A stretch of 64,000 nucleotides of DNA from Raillietiella orientalis (GCA_036172245.1 JAYWIR010000003.1:7068001-7132000), one strand, 5' to 3'. Positions 1-13,478 are shown, counted from the stretch's first letter. Program-made: numbers and translations. The notes: generated from the letters alone by a model not told the origin.

Positions 1-78
1 CTGAAAGAACAATTCAATGCTTTCGCTGTACGTCGCTTCCACAAGAAATCAGTTTTAATTTTGCTTCCCGTTTCGTTG

Positions 79-1300
79 TTTTTTTTTTTTTTTTTCCATC
101 TCCTGTATTGATGTTTCCATGGAAACAGGTCCTCTTTCCGAGAGGTCATCTTTTCCATGGAGGATTCATGCAATTTTGCGCTTACGGAAGAAAATCTGCC
201 TCGTAAAAGCCCATTAGCAGATGCACTTTAGGAAGCGCTGCTTATAAGCCCATACAGCGGGGGATTCGGGAAGATGGGATGAGTTGCGTCTCCTGGCGCA
301 CAGCGCCAGGAGGCTGTGCGGCCAGCTTGCTGCATGCTGTGCTTTCCCGAGACCTGCGAAAGTGAGAAAGGTCGGCCTTCCCTTCCTCCCAGCACTTCAG
401 GCAGAGAGGCCTCCGAACGAGTTTCGCACCTTCAGGAGGCACGAGCTGGGTGGGTGACTCCTGCAAGAGAGACCAGCTGGACCAGTCATCAGGACCCCGG
501 AAACTGCAGAGGGAAGGGATCGAGGTATCAAAGCGCATTCGGGAAGCACTGATCCCACAGTGGATACGAATGAGCGTGATGAGCGAGGCGCAATTACCTT
601 CCTGAGCATCTTCCATCCAGGTGTTCAAAGAGGGTTCCATTCCTACCTCGCTCGATATCTATCGTAGGTCGAGTCGTGCCTCGAGCATCGAGAGACCGAT
701 GATGGTGTGTAACAAACTCGTGTTCGGATCAGCATTGAATGAAGGATCGTACTATCGTCCTGCTACAGAATTATCGAATGAATTCTGGCGGTCAAGTCCT
801 GAGACCTAACTCAGGGGAGTCCTGAGACCTTACCCGGGGCCAAGTCCTGAGAATTGGCCCCGGAACATCATTCATTATGAAGTTATAACAAGCAGTCAGA
901 TAGTGGACCAGTCCTCTTACGCTTTGGATCTCTGGAAGGAATGCAGCTGGGAGGGAGAGCTCTTTGCAGGAGGCCGGTAGTTTCCGCACTCCTAGCAACG
1001 CACGCACTTGCAAGAATCTTCGCATCAGAAAAGCATTCCTGCGATGCCACCCCTTCCGTGCATCTCCTTGGAACTGAAGTGTTTTTGACCAAAGCTTGAA
1101 GCGGAAAGGTGAACGATACCATCAGCTTCCGTCTGTCCACCCGTGAGAGCAGCACAGTCGAAGGCCTCGACAGTTTGAAAGTTCCTGGAATGGCTTTTGA
1201 AGTTTGCCGGGGCGCCTCCGCTGCTGGAGTGTCATCAAAGAACGGTCACTTGAGTGCACGCAGATACCTCAGGAAAAAATGGCTGCATTCTCATCCTTGA
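79..1300 (-). mobile_element. Degenerate LINE ORF2 3' portion with poly(A) tail
   Basis: Minus strand reads LRYLRAL (~1260, YLG-like), a post-RT segment and a CCHC-like remnant LCLKCWEEGKADLSH (~360-410). The T run at 79-96 is poly(A) on the minus strand. Confidence 0.5.
794..852. repeat. Short tandem triplication (~23 bp unit, core agtcctgaga)
   Basis: agtcctgaga occurs three times at a spacing of about 23-24 bp. Confidence 0.8.
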
Positions 1301-2084
1301 AGTAGAGGATAGGTGACCACGGAAACTCCTCTGTGGTTCCTGTTGCAACGAGGAGACGGCAATTGTCTACTCACTGTCGACTCATTGACGACTCACTGAC
1401 TCACGGAACTCAGGAAGGAGCAAACCGAAGTCGTGGGCGAGATGGAAAAAACAGGGTCTCGAACTCGAGTCGAAGGTTCACCGACGGAAAGCGGTGGTTA
1501 CTTAGGAGATTAGGAGATCCCGGGCTCTCATAAGGAAGCAGCGTGTGAATCGGGAGATTCCAAAAACTGACTTGCATCCTCACTGAAGGGACTGCTCCTC
1601 CTCATGAAACGATGCTCAAGGCAACAGCAGGCATCTTGGCATTCGCAGAGATGAACAGGGAATCCCCATCCTCCGGGAACTCGTCCTTTGGGCGCTCACG
1701 TGGCGCCATCACCCTCAACGGCCGAATGACCAATGGACTCTTCGCAACCTATTACGGAAGAAAGTGCCTTTCTTCGGACGAAAGCTGCCAGCGTCAAGCA
1801 GGAACCCTGGAACAGCTGCGAACAGCGTCAAACTCGCCCAAAGCAGTTTGGAACCTCGAAAGTTTTGGTCACTCGAGAATATTCCAGGCGGACGGACAAT
1901 CAGAGCGTCCTCCAAGATATCATCCCAGGTGCACTCCGCACTTTCGACTCAAACTGCTAATCCCACACCCTCTCCCAAGGCAGCCATATCTGGAGGTAGG
2001 GGACCCGGAGTGAGGTCGTAGCAGCTCTGCAGATCTGAGGAAGAAGGAAGCGCGGGGATGAGATGCCTTTCCCTTGCTAGTGAA

Positions 2085-2170
2085 ACGTATGTATCACGAT
2101 GTATCAAGAACGTGCGTGTCCCCACGCTGCGGGTTCGAATCCCGCCTGGAAAAAGGTCGATATCAAGAAC
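2085..2170 (+). mobile_element. tRNA-derived SINE head remnant
   Basis: Pol III B-box/T-loop gggttcgaatccc at 2131-2143, also present at 21901. No full cloverleaf. Confidence 0.4.
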
Positions 2171-2299
2171 CGGAGTGCGTCGTGGGTTCCAGTTCCTACA
2201 ATCCCGCAGCACGATGCTAATTGGTCTACAGGCGTGGGATGCGGCACTGGTGGAAGCCAAAGATCGGCTGTGATTAGAAGTCGGCCTTTTGGGGTCCTT

Positions 2300-3560
2300 C
2301 CAGGACCGAGTGGAGCTGACCCCTTGATTCCAGGGATCAGGGAAAACGAAGGAAGCAAGGAAAAGTAGGGAAAATAAAGCCGTTCCATGGAGCTGGTTGA
2401 TGCACTCTGGAAGGAGCCCTCGGCTTGTTTGTCTTCGAAGGAGACCCCGAAGGGACCCTCTCCCTTATCCTCTCCGAAGGGACTCCCCGAAGGGAGATAC
2501 TTTCCAGAGTGACAAGGAGTGAGCAGCTCCCTTCGTGGAGCGCCCTTCAGAGAAAATAGGAAGCTCCCCTTAGGGGTTCTCTCCACAGGAGGAAACCAGG
2601 AGCGCATCCTTTCCCGGTCCCTCCGGGGAAGAAATGAGCAGCGACCCCCTTTGGAGTCCCCTTCGAAGACAACCAGGGCGAGGGTTATCTACCAAGCGTA
2701 AGATGAACGGACTCCTTCCTCCGGAACATTACTGGATCCATTGGGTGGTCCATCAGGTATTACTCCGTATGGCTTGAGGAGTTAAAACACACCCTCGGGC
2801 GGGACGGACAGTGCTGAAGAGCTCCATGAGCCCCTTACCCTCAGGAGGCGAACGGTTCTTCAGCACTTTCCGAAGCGAAAAAAAGGACAGCAAAGTAGGG
2901 TGGGCAACCCTACTCAGACCAAAGGGAGCACTGCAGTATCAGGTAGATGACTCAGAAGATCTATCTGCTTGTATCCTGCAGGGTCGCTGAATGTGGACCA
3001 AAATAATGTCACCTTCCTGGAGGAAGGAATGTAGAGCTAGTCGCTCACATCTTCCAGCTGATCATTCCAATGACCTCTTTTACGCCGAATCTTGGGTGTC
3101 CCATTCGCATATTCAGGAAAGAAAACAGGATACATCAGAAGTCATCTTCTATTGCTCTGAAATAATATCCCTTTTATAAAGAGATGCTCGGAGCCAGCAA
3201 AAGGCGATCTGGACCGAAGTTCGGGTGCCTCAACGGACTGCGAAACTTCCTCGGGTCACGGATTCTCGCTTCAGAACCATCCGCACAAATCTCCTGCTCT
3301 CTGCGGAGGCCATCCAGGACAGCAGAACTGGGAACTTGGATATCCAGCAGGTAGTGCTCCGTCGGAACGAGAGCCACAGGGTGAATCCCACGATACTAAT
3401 TCGTGTCGATGGCAACGGAGATCACGTGTCGATGGCAAGTCCCCTTGAGCTTGTGAGACTGTGGTGGCGCAGGTTCGTTCCGAGCTGGTGGTTGATTGAG
3501 GTACGTGAAGGATGCTTCGTAGTTTCTGTGTCCCGGCTTGATGTGCAAAGGGTGGGAAAA
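2300..3560 (-). mobile_element. Degenerate LINE ORF1 (gag-like) remnant
   Basis: IP-containing segment (~3030), Cys/His-rich degenerate knuckles (2900-2990) and a low-complexity P/K/G/E tail similar to 22060-22430 and 42600-42900. Confidence 0.35.
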
Positions 3561-4449
3561 GGTGGCACAACAGGTGCAAGATGCAAAATTATAATCAAAC
3601 TATAGCAACGATGACTTGTCGACTTGTGATGGAACAGCCTGCTTGAAGACGCGCACCGTCCCATAGTATGTAAAAGCACATACTGAATGCAGTTCGAGGT
3701 GAGCATCTCAGCCTGGCTGGAGAGAAACAAAAGACCAAATGTGCCTACCGGAGACAAATCGTTGATAAGTGTGACTGGATGCTTCGAAACTGGACACTTC
3801 GACTCTCAGACAAGAGTAGCGCGTAGAATTCTCTACGATCGCGTGAAAATTTTTGTCGTGGGATTAGATCGAAGAGCATCCTGCTGAATGTCCTAGGTCA
3901 GGTGTGGCAACCTCAAGTCACCGGGCTCGTGTTCATCACAGCTCTTTAGCGTTTTCTTCAGGCTGATGGGCATCACGTACTCGCACTGCAGTTAATGATA
4001 CACGTCGCATTAAAAACACAGCCAAAGAGCTTTCCTTGGCTCAAGAAGGTCATTAGTTGAGTTGATTCCTCAGGCTATGGACACAGTGGAACGCCCCGAA
4101 ACGAAAGGTTGTGCACTTCTGGTTGACCAGAGCTTATCTACCATTCACTTGATCATTTTTCTTCCGAAGTCAAGTCTTCACGCTTGCCTTGTCCAACTTC
4201 CGTGGTCTTTTGCAGGGCGATGCCAAGTCCTCCAACCAGAGATGGGGCATGCGTGGAGCTCTGCACAGTGGTGTTGGATGCCCCCTGCTGATTGCAGGTC
4301 CGCATACTGGTGCTCATATTGGAAACCTCATTGCAACGTGAATTACGGCCACATTTGCTTCTGCTGAGCCCTCGCTTTCCTGCCATAGAATCACGGAAAG
4401 GAACCTGTATGCTCCTATGACCTGTTTAACTAATAATCATGACAGTGGG

Positions 4450-6300
4450 GCGTCGACACATCATTCAGAGGCACCGGTTCTCAATGGTCAGAAACTTCTC
4501 CCCTTTGAAGAAGAAGCAAAGAAAGTACGGGAAGGCAGCACTCCGTCACCCCACGCAACACACCAGCATTCCGCTAAAGGGACCCTTGATGGGAAGGGTG
4601 TTCCGAATCGAGGGCTTCAGCGTCGAGTCCTCGATGAGCTGGATGAAGAGTTTCGAGAAAATCGAATGGCTCGAAAGAATGGGATCCCTACGGAAATACG
4701 TCCGATCCAGAACGCTACAGCTGAGAGTAGCGGCAACCTTGAATCTCAGAAATCAGAAAATTGCACTCTGTGGCACTGAAACTGGAAGAGAATCACTGCC
4801 TAAAAGACATTGAAACATCAAATGCAAGAGTCAAATACAGTCCGTCCTTAAAAATCTGGAAAGTTGGCGCTGTAGTACGACTTATCTCCAGACTGTTACC
4901 CTGTGCCGCATAGGCGAGCCATACAAGAAGTCCTCCGAGGTGCTCGGAATCTGTGGAATCTGTCAAGTTTTTCGACTTCAGTAGTATAAAGGAGCGCTCG
5001 AGTTTATCAGCCGATGATAAATCGGGCGGTGAGCAAGCAAGCTGACGATGAGCATCATGCCTGCAGGGGAAAACTAAAATCAAGGATCAACAAATTATCT
5101 CTGGAGCAATTAGCCCTACAAACCAACAGAACATGGGGATGAAAGAAAAGGCGACAAGGTACCGGCTGGCTTCCGATCGTCGAGGGCGATTCTATTCCCC
5201 TAAAAGTCTGGATCACTTCCTCAATACTGAGGGGACTGCAATCTAGGAACAATCCGGAATTTGAGATCTCATGATTCCTTGAGCATTCAGATGCCAAAAT
5301 CGGGAAGTCGGAAAGCAGCTAACCTTATAAAGAGTTGTCAGTCACAATCAGGTCTGCAGAGGGTGTAGAGAACGCCATGCCGGAAACATCAAAAAGAGGA
5401 AGAAACTTGAAAACCTATTCGATTTCATCAATTCCAAGGATAGCGAGAAAACTCGAAAAGCCCTCGAGTCCATTGATTCATCCCCGAAAACAAGAGGAAT
5501 GCTTCCAGCATCATTATGGTGTGCAGCAGGCATCTATAGTTGAAAGTTGAAGCAACAGCTAAAAGCAGCTTTGTTCCACCTTCCCTGGGGTCCATCTGTA
5601 AACATTTCTGAAAAACTGCAAGAATCATTCATCACGGACAGACAGCGCGGAACAAAGTGGACCAGAACTGAATCGTGTTCCCTACGCAGCTTTTGCTTAC
5701 GGGAACGAAAGAAGAGAAAGGTTCGTTTCTCTGATGCGTTAGGAAGAAAAGGCTTCCTGTCACCATGGAGAAGACGTGACTGCCGCTGGAACTGAAACCC
5801 CCCAGAACAAATGGAAGCAAGCAGACATGAACAGGTCGGCTGCAGTCGAATGCCCGAACTCTTCAAGGATGGGTGCTAGAGAAAAGAAACATGCAAGAGT
5901 GCAATGGTGGACAGTGATCTGCTTTGGGGAACCTTCTGCTTTCTCCGCCTCTTCGATGATGGGAAATACAAATGCGGAGTTTCATCAAGAGGACCAGATG
6001 TGAAAATATGGGCTGGAGCAGCGCAGGAAGAGACCCGAGGAATTTCGAATTCGAAAGTGGCTAGAGTCCAGAAGCCGCTTCCAGGAACGAATCTCAGAAA
6101 ACCCGCTTGCGGATGGAATCTTCAGGAATCGGTGCAGCCTCTTAGGACAGAACCGGAGGTTTTCAAGAGGTCAGATTTCCAAGAGGAGCACCGTTGCCGC
6201 TCTCGCTGGGCTTCCAGAGTGGCAACGCTGGACCCCACTTATTCGAATCTGTTTCCTTACCCGGAGTCTGATGAGCTGAGATGTAAGGTCTAAACGCCCT
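4450..6300 (+). mobile_element. Degenerate LINE ORF2 (RT to C-terminus)
   Basis: LNGQKLLPF..KVREGSTPSP resembles NG..PF..GVRQGxPLSP. It is followed by SGNLESQKSE (G..lN..KS) and KKRLPVT (~5750), which precedes a Cys-rich zinc-finger remnant. Confidence 0.5.
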
Positions 6301-6599
6301 GAAAGCCTTCGTTGAGCCAGGAACTCGGTTCCATGAGAGGACGGTGGCCAGTGTGAACCGGCAGCGAGTCTCCTCTCGCTAAAAATTCTAAAGTTTCAAG
6401 GATTTTACTTACCGAAGAGCAGCGAAGGCATGCGGAAACAGTGATGGAGCAACAGAACAGGGGTCAATCCGGGGTGAAAAGTTCGTTAAATGGTGGTGGA
6501 TGGACTGGAGGAAGCGACCAACCAGATTGCTGGATTACTTTGTACGTATGGTGGCATACTGAATCCTGGAATTCTGTGGATGCGGAACACAATTGGAAT

Positions 6600-7250
6600 T
6601 TAGAGGAACCATTCTGAAAGGATGAATGATGTGGTCCCATTATACCAATACAAGCCACGCTCGAGGCGCTTCCGATCCAAGAAGCAACCAATGAATCCAA
6701 TGTTCCGGTCCAGAACAAATAATCCGTTGATAGTACTTAAGTCAACGTACTTTTATGCTTCCTTCCTTGTGAAGCATCCGCTGTGGTGCAGCATGTCAAC
6801 AAATGTCACTTCAACGGCTCCATCAACGTTGAGGATGAGATTGGACTCTTTTGAAGCCGTGGTTTCTTTTCTCTTCCAAAGCATGCTCCGGAAAGACATG
6901 GGTATGGAAACTTGTTGCAGAAAGGGGTACGAGAGAAAGTTATCCAAAACAAACTTCTTGAGTGGATTAACACGCACATCAGGATTGCCAATCGATTTGA
7001 CATTGGTGGCGAGTTCCCGTTATTAGTCCGTCTTTTTTTTTTTTTTATTTCATTCACAAAACTGTACAGGACCACAGACCAGAGTCATGGCCCATAGCTG
7101 AACTGCCAGACTGCTCCATCAATAGCACCTCCAAATTTATCCCCAATTGTGGATAATCTTGATGCTCGCAAAGACGCCAGATCCTTCCCAACTCTGAAAG
7201 TAGCAACGGTATTATGAGCACCAGCCACTGCCGGGCCATGGGTAGCTCTC
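6600..7250 (-). pseudogene. ACLY: ATP-citrate lyase C-terminal (citrate synthase-like) domain fragment, disabled
   Basis: Reading across frameshifts gives [129 protein letters not shown]. This is collinear with the animal ACLY C-terminus as I recall it. In-frame stop at 6753-6755 and several frameshifts. Confidence 0.93.
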
Positions 7251-7335
7251 AGAAGCTGTCGCAAAGCAAGGAAGAGAGAACTCTGGGCATAGGAAGTCGC
7301 CTACGAATGGAGGGTCGAATCCGGTTACACGAGGA

Positions 7336-7530
7336 CGTTTATTCTGACAAAAATAAAATACAAATTAAAGGGGAAAAGAACCCCTCGAAAAGAAAAAGAA
7401 CTGATAAAAAAAAAACTTCATCCGGGATAATCACCGGCACGCAGACCGTCTTCCAAAAAGTAGGGAAGGAAGGGAGGGGACAATAAAAAAATAACAAAGA
7501 AGGGAGGGTGGGGACAGGGGTCTTTGGTAT
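7336..7530 (-). mobile_element. 3' end of the L1/Tx1-like LINE family
   Basis: T-rich tract, then gcgtgccggtga, ending in AATAAACG (7343-7336). Homologous to 9640-9830 and 33270-33435. Confidence 0.6.
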
Positions 7531-7559
7531 GAGACGTTCCTTTCTCTTAAAAAGCGGCT

Positions 7560-9830
7560 GTGGACGGTGGCTATGTCCAAGGAAACTTCTTCTGGCAGAT
7601 TGCTGCTGTCCTCATAAGGGCTGCTACCATATTGGAGGTCTCTCTTCGCCGCGAACGTGATTCTAACACATGGCGGACTGTCACCATGGATCAGATGCAC
7701 CTGACTTTCGCGATCACAGCGCCCTTCAGTTGGCTTTATTTGAACTGTCGCAGCAAGTCCGATGCAATGTCCTGTGGTCGAAGCAGCGCCGAAGATAGTC
7801 TCTGCCACACGTCCTTGAGGGAACTGCAGTCCAACAAAATGTAAACAGTTGAATGGTTCGGGGAGGTAACTGCCCTGCTCCTACCAGGCGTTCGCGCTAA
7901 TTGAACTGGAATTTCCAGTGCAGAACCAAAAGAACATCCTGTTTCCAGCATAGCGGGAACACGGAAACACAGTATCCACGCAAAGGGAAGGAACCACGAG
8001 TTCTTCGGGAGGCACACCAAGCAGGCACACCGGCCGTATCAGCATATGGGGACGATCTTTTACTGCTGTTCTCCATGTCCACCCTGGCGTCGGCGCTCGA
8101 AGGTTTTTTCGAGCTGTTAAGCTGCGGGACAGGACTGGAGGTGAACAGGACGAAACCGTTCGTGGTAGCAATCGGTTCGGCGCGGGCAGGGCAGCTGGAC
8201 TGGATCCGCTTGAGGATCCTCACGGTTCGGTACTTTAAGTACCTCGGTGTACCATTGGGGGACCATTCTCCGGCAAAGACGTGGTCCAACTGCCTCCAGA
8301 AGGCAGAGTCGGCGATCGGCCCGTCCCAGGAATTTTTTCTTGCTGGAATGGGCTGCGGTATGGAACACGTTCGTGGCCTTCCTCCTCCGCCTCCTGCTTT
8401 TTGTTTGCCCCTTATCAGAGAGGATTAAGAAGCAGGCGAAGGACCTACTGAGGCTCGTCCTTTGAGGCGCAGGGAGATCCCGAGTCCGTCTGAAGGGTTT
8501 GTGCGTACCGCGTTCGCGACGGAAGTCTCGGCCTCCCGAAGTTGGAGCGCCTGGAGCGGCATCTCCAGTGAAGGTCACTTGCCCTAGTGGCGAAGTTTTG
8601 TCGCACAAACTGGTGCGATCCTGCAGGATTCCTGGTCTAGCGAGCCATCGTCTACGCGGGACTGTCTTCGTTCCTGGCGCGACGACGCAGACGCAACGCG
8701 GACTAGAGCTCCGGAGGGTGGCCAAGCTGACCAGAACTAACAACTGGATCTTCTGCCGGACGGCGAACGGTAGTGCATGGTTCCTGGAAACCCTTCGCAC
8801 ATGGACCCAAAAGAAAGAAGCGAGCCCGAAGATGTGGCAGAGACTGCTGTCCTCCTTCTATAACAACCGCTCGCTGCAGGAAGTCATCGTGCAGTCCACC
8901 ACGCGTGCGTGGGCAGAAAGGAGGGACTTCCCCAGCCGCGGCACTGTCTTCCCTCAGGGAGCACCTGGGCAGTAGTTAGCTGGCCAAATGAGAGGTCAGT
9001 TGCGAAATAGGTCTTCGGACGAAGAAATTAGGTGGTTGGACCACGGACTAGTTCACGGACGCTGCTACTCCAAGTGCCCCATCGAAAGGACTAGTGCGCT
9101 GGGGTGAGCTGCTGAGAATCCCACAGGAGGACCTCGAGTGGCCCCCAGCACTGAAGAACAACCGGAATCCCCTTCTGAAATGGCAGGCGTCGGAACTTCT
9201 GCTGTTGCACTGAAGGCTCCCGTGAAACGCCCTCCGGTCTCACTAGACCCGGGGGGCTGTGGACCCCAATTGCTGCAGCTGCAGTGAACGGGAATCCATC
9301 TTGCACCCGTTTGTGGACTGTGTTGCCCTCCGACCCCTGTGGTTGAGGTTATGCAACGGCCCTTGGTGCACCAATGGACAATCCCAGGGATGTGATGAAA
9401 TGCCTCTTCGTGAGGGATGCCCTTTCTCCTGAGGCAGCCCTAGCAGCTCTTCGCTGCCTACTTGAGATTGTGGGGTCCTGGAGCTACGCGAGAGAAGGAT
9501 GGTGCGATAGGGACGCCATCTACTTCGCCCTGAACTTCCTGCGGACGGCAGCAAGATGCTTCCATCCTGGATATACTCTGATGGAACTTGCGGGCATCTG
9601 GAAAGGATGCAGAGGACACCCTCCAGCACCCGGTGATCCCTTCCCTAACCCTCCCAATTTTTTTAAATATATCTTTTTGTTTTATTTTAATTTCTGTTTG
9701 CCTCCTTTCCCTCCGCTGCCGAGGCGAACCTCGCCGACAAGCGTGCCGGTTACTCGGCAGGTTCCAAGCATTTTCGGACAATGTAGGGCCCACATCTCTA
9801 CACATGTGTGTTTATTTTTCATAATAAACG
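7560..9830 (+). mobile_element. L1/Tx1-like LINE, 5'-truncated degenerate ORF2 plus 3' UTR (copy 1)
   Basis: AYGDDLLL (8042), GLEVNRTK, KYLGVPLG (8237), CCHC finger PNCCSCSERESILHPFVDC (~9266-9325), T-rich tract 9658-9700 and AATAAACG at 9823-9830. Confidence 0.9.
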
Positions 9831-10196
9831 TTCTGGAGTAATCAGGTGATAAACTAAGCAGGTCAGCAAAGAGTCTTTTTGCCTGGAAACGAGGAGTAGC
9901 GGCTTTCATTAACTCGCTCGCCTTGCAGTCGTTCAGGAGTTTTTCGACTCTTGCAATGTTGCAGGAAAACCCCCATCCCACCGGTTGACTGCTGTCATTG
10001 GTTACCCTAAGAGTAGAGAGCACTGCGGCAAGGGGTGTGGCAACTATCCGGAAACGCTGCGTCCAATTCTGCAGATCACCCAGTGGTTTGCGTAGGAGAT
10101 CCTGCAGTGAGCGCAGTTCCTCTGGGTGAACTTCCAAATCGGCAACCCAGGACTCCAGAGCCTCCTACGAATGGAAGGAACAAACTGAAAATCCCG

Positions 10197-11147
10197 AAAC
10201 TTCCTGCGGAGGAAAACGGACCAGCGGAGTCGCATCACATGCAGCTTTTTAAACTGCAAAGAGAAGAGAAGTTTTATTGCTTAAATTTACAATTTTGCAT
10301 CGCGTTACAGGGAGAGGCTCTTGGCATTCTTCCGGAATTTCTCATCTTCCCATCCGGAATGCTCGTCACCCCTCAGTCTGTCGCTTCCTCGACTTGTCCT
10401 CCATCTCGAGAGATGACCGCTGGGGTTATCCTGCTGTATCTGACGACCCTTGTGTAACGTGGGTTGCACAGATGTCCCTGGAGATTCGGAGAAGCTTGGA
10501 GCCACCATCCGGTGCCTCATCTTCTCCGAATGCTTTTTAACAATTCCAAGATCCTGCAGCCCTTCTTCGACAACTGGATGCCAGGGTCTCTGTACCAACG
10601 ATGAGAGCAAGCACCCTGCATTGTTTCCTTTCTCTTCCCAGGCTGGAGGGCTTCTTCTTTGTACTTTTCCAGTTTATTCTTCCTAGCTGCTCTGAAAGCC
10701 ATCTTCAATTCTCGAACGGGCAGCAGATGTCCAGCACTATTATCCGATTTCCTTTCTTCAGCACCAGGTCCGGTCTTAAAAGGGATTCCATCCCTGGAGC
10801 TCTCATGGTTAGTGCACACTGGGGTCCATTTTGCCTCATCCATCGCAGCCATGCTTATCTTTTCTTGAATCGCGTTATGTCGCGCAGTGGGCAGATGAAA
10901 GTGCCTCCTGCATCTGTTCAATATGAGGCAACGACTGCGCGTTTCTCTGGTTTCGTCCTGGGTCCGTCCCTGATTAGGAGGACCTTCAGACGGGCTGCAT
11001 GGATGAATCTGTAGTGCCGGAACCTCAGGTATCCTCCATTGGTAAGGAGGAAGCCTGAAGCGTGGTGCATGGTCAAACTTTCTGCGGAGGAAAACGGTCC
11101 AGCTAAGTCGCCATCACATGGCGCTTTTTGAAACTGCAAAGGGAAGC
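10197..11147 (+). repeat. Pair of ~70 bp direct repeats (10197-10266 and 11076-11147)
   Basis: aaactt.ctgcggaggaaaacgg.ccagc..agtcgc.atcacatg..gcttttt.aaactgcaaag.gaag is present in both. Probably LINE zinc-finger remnants. Confidence 0.75.
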
Positions 11148-11549
11148 AGAGAGGAACGGAGGGCTTCCGTATATAAGGCGGAGGCGCTATTTGAAGACGG
11201 GACGACATGTGGCCGTGTAGATGTCGTCACCTTCGTCAGAATAATAAAGGACGGCGGGAAGGAAGATGTAATTAGCAGCAATCCACGGACAGGCCACAAG
11301 ATTTCGAGAAAGGGAATGCTGCAAACCATGTTGGGTTCACATCTGTCTCAGATGTCATAGCATTTCCTCGCACCGCGTGTATGGCGCTGCGAGCATCAGA
11401 GAGAATTGACCCAACTGCCTAGCTGGGGCCTCAATGGGGGGAAAGAATACGGTTTCAGGATAGCCCGACATCGTATCACCAGCATTCTCACCACGAGCAG
11501 CGGCGATTCAAACGACTCGGAAGTGAGAAGTGCAGATTAGAACTTAGAT

Positions 11550-13400
11550 TAGGACTTTGACCGATATCAGTGTGAGGAAGAGACAGATAATTCGGTGCAA
11601 GACGCAAATACAGGTGAAACACTCTGCACACTGTGGAAAAAAAAAAGGTCTTCAGGCAACTGACCGTTCGAGTAAAGCTTCTGGATTGGGAGTCTTTTTG
11701 AATGTCACAAGAAAGGGGAAGATGCAGGAATTCTTTGCCCAAGCTCAGCACATCATTCTGAAAAAAACAAAAAAACATCGTTTCATGTCAATACATTTCC
11801 AAAAGAGGGAACGATACCTCCTTCTATTATCCTAGGAGCTTCTAAAGGCTTCTTATAATGGAAAAAGAGGCAAAAACCGAAGGACTTACGTCACTCGGAG
11901 ATGCTTCGCGAAATGCTTTGGTTTTCTCTCGTCTCTCAATGCAACAGCTGAGGATCCAGCTTGCCTAGGCTTTAGAAATCTCCCCATAAGATTCGGACAG
12001 AGTCACCTGAGGTCATCGGTGGATCATTCTAGTGTTGCAGTTTTTCCCGTTTCCGCAGAGAGCAGTTCTTCCCTCTGTGGTCCGATTTTCTTGGATCTGC
12101 AAGGAATCCACTCTTGTGGCGTAGTCGGCACTCAGGAAACCTCTTTCGCCACGCCGGGAGCTCTCAAGAACAGTTCCAGCTATCTTCCAGGTTGATCGCG
12201 ACAGGCAGCGGTTCACACAGCGGTTGCATCAATCATGGTTAATGGTTTCATATCCCGTCGGTCGTGATGTCCTCCGCAAGAGAATTTCTTCTTTCCAACC
12301 CTTTCCCCTGTTTCCACGATCCTCATCCCTGCTCTTGACATGCGAATTTTTCTGCCGTGAGAGATTATGCTCGTGATGCTTCCAGGAGCACCGCATGCGT
12401 CCCGTGTCTCCTTCCAAATGGAGACGACGCTTCCCGACGAATGAGCTCCGACGAAATGTGGGAACCGTTTCGTCAGAGGCGAGAGCATCTCCGAAGTCAC
12501 GACGACACTCAGAAAAGATCCGTTCCATTTCGAAAATTGTCCAAGCACTCTGTTCTCTGATCTCCATTCAGAACACTGATGCAAGAAGCCGGGAAGGATG
12601 GCAAGATTAGAGTCCAAGAGGTTTTCCGAAAGATTCCAAGAACCATCCGTTCATCAACCCTATCACGAGCGCACTCTCCATCCGGAAGGAATGATTTTCA
12701 AGGCTCTCGACTGCCTCCATGCATCGCACACCGCTGTCACTTAAATTTCAGGCTTGAGGAATGAACTTGAATGGATCATCCATCACAAAAGCAGCTTCCC
12801 ATAACACGGAATTTTCTTTCCGCAACCTATGCCGATTGTCCCCCTTCTGGATTATCTTTGGGCTCTTTACCGATGGTTTTTGTGTCACCTTCCAGCTGAG
12901 ACATGGTGCTGCAGATTGTATGGCATGAGCCCCATGGCCTCCGAGAACTCATATTTTCTCAAGATCCTCTTCAGACTAGACATCGCAACACTGATCGTGG
13001 GGTCATTGGTCTTTTATTGTTTGCTAGAGGTTTGCAGTTTATTTGTGGGGAAGTTTATTTATTCGCACTTTCTTCCTCTGTTACGGGGCAACGTCGGCTG
13101 CTCCGACAACATCATTGAACCTTAGCTTTGTTGACTCGTTCTTGAAACATGGTCTGTCGTGCTCCTTCGACGGACTCAGGTCATTTACTGACCGACCGCC
13201 TGTGGTCTAGCCTTACGTAGTACCAGCCAGAATCAGCTTGCTCCTCAGGCACCGTTGATAGGAGCCTTTAGGAAAATCATGTAAAAGGACATGACGGTGG
13301 ATGTTGCTACACCTTCAGGAGAGTCCCCATGGAAACTTGTTCATTGCTCCTCAAAGGAGGGCACGAGGTTTAAACTTCAGAATCCCTCTGGAAAAGCATT
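11550..13400. mobile_element. Mixed degenerate LINE fragments
   Basis: Plus strand SKASGLG (KAPG-like). Minus strand ORF1-like KRFPHFVG..WKETRDAC and RT-like IIQKGD. Motifs are weak. Confidence 0.3.
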
Positions 13401-13478
13401 CCTTAGATAGAATGGAAAGTCGACCCACGATGATTGAACCTTTCTCCGTATTCTGTAAATAAGAAGGCATTTCTTCGT

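Noticed and set aside
794..852. Three spaced repeats as a mini-CRISPR
   Set aside because: The spacers are about 13 bp and similar to each other, there are no cas genes and the context is eukaryotic. It is a tandem duplication.
4150..4260. KLDKASV as a bHLH-PAS remnant
   Set aside because: No basic region or helix context. Another frame gives HAP..GGLGI, a LINE post-RT motif.
7901..8428. RT as a retron, group II intron or DGR system
   Set aside because: The motif set with a downstream CCHC finger and 3' UTR is of non-LTR type. There is no ncRNA or accessory gene.
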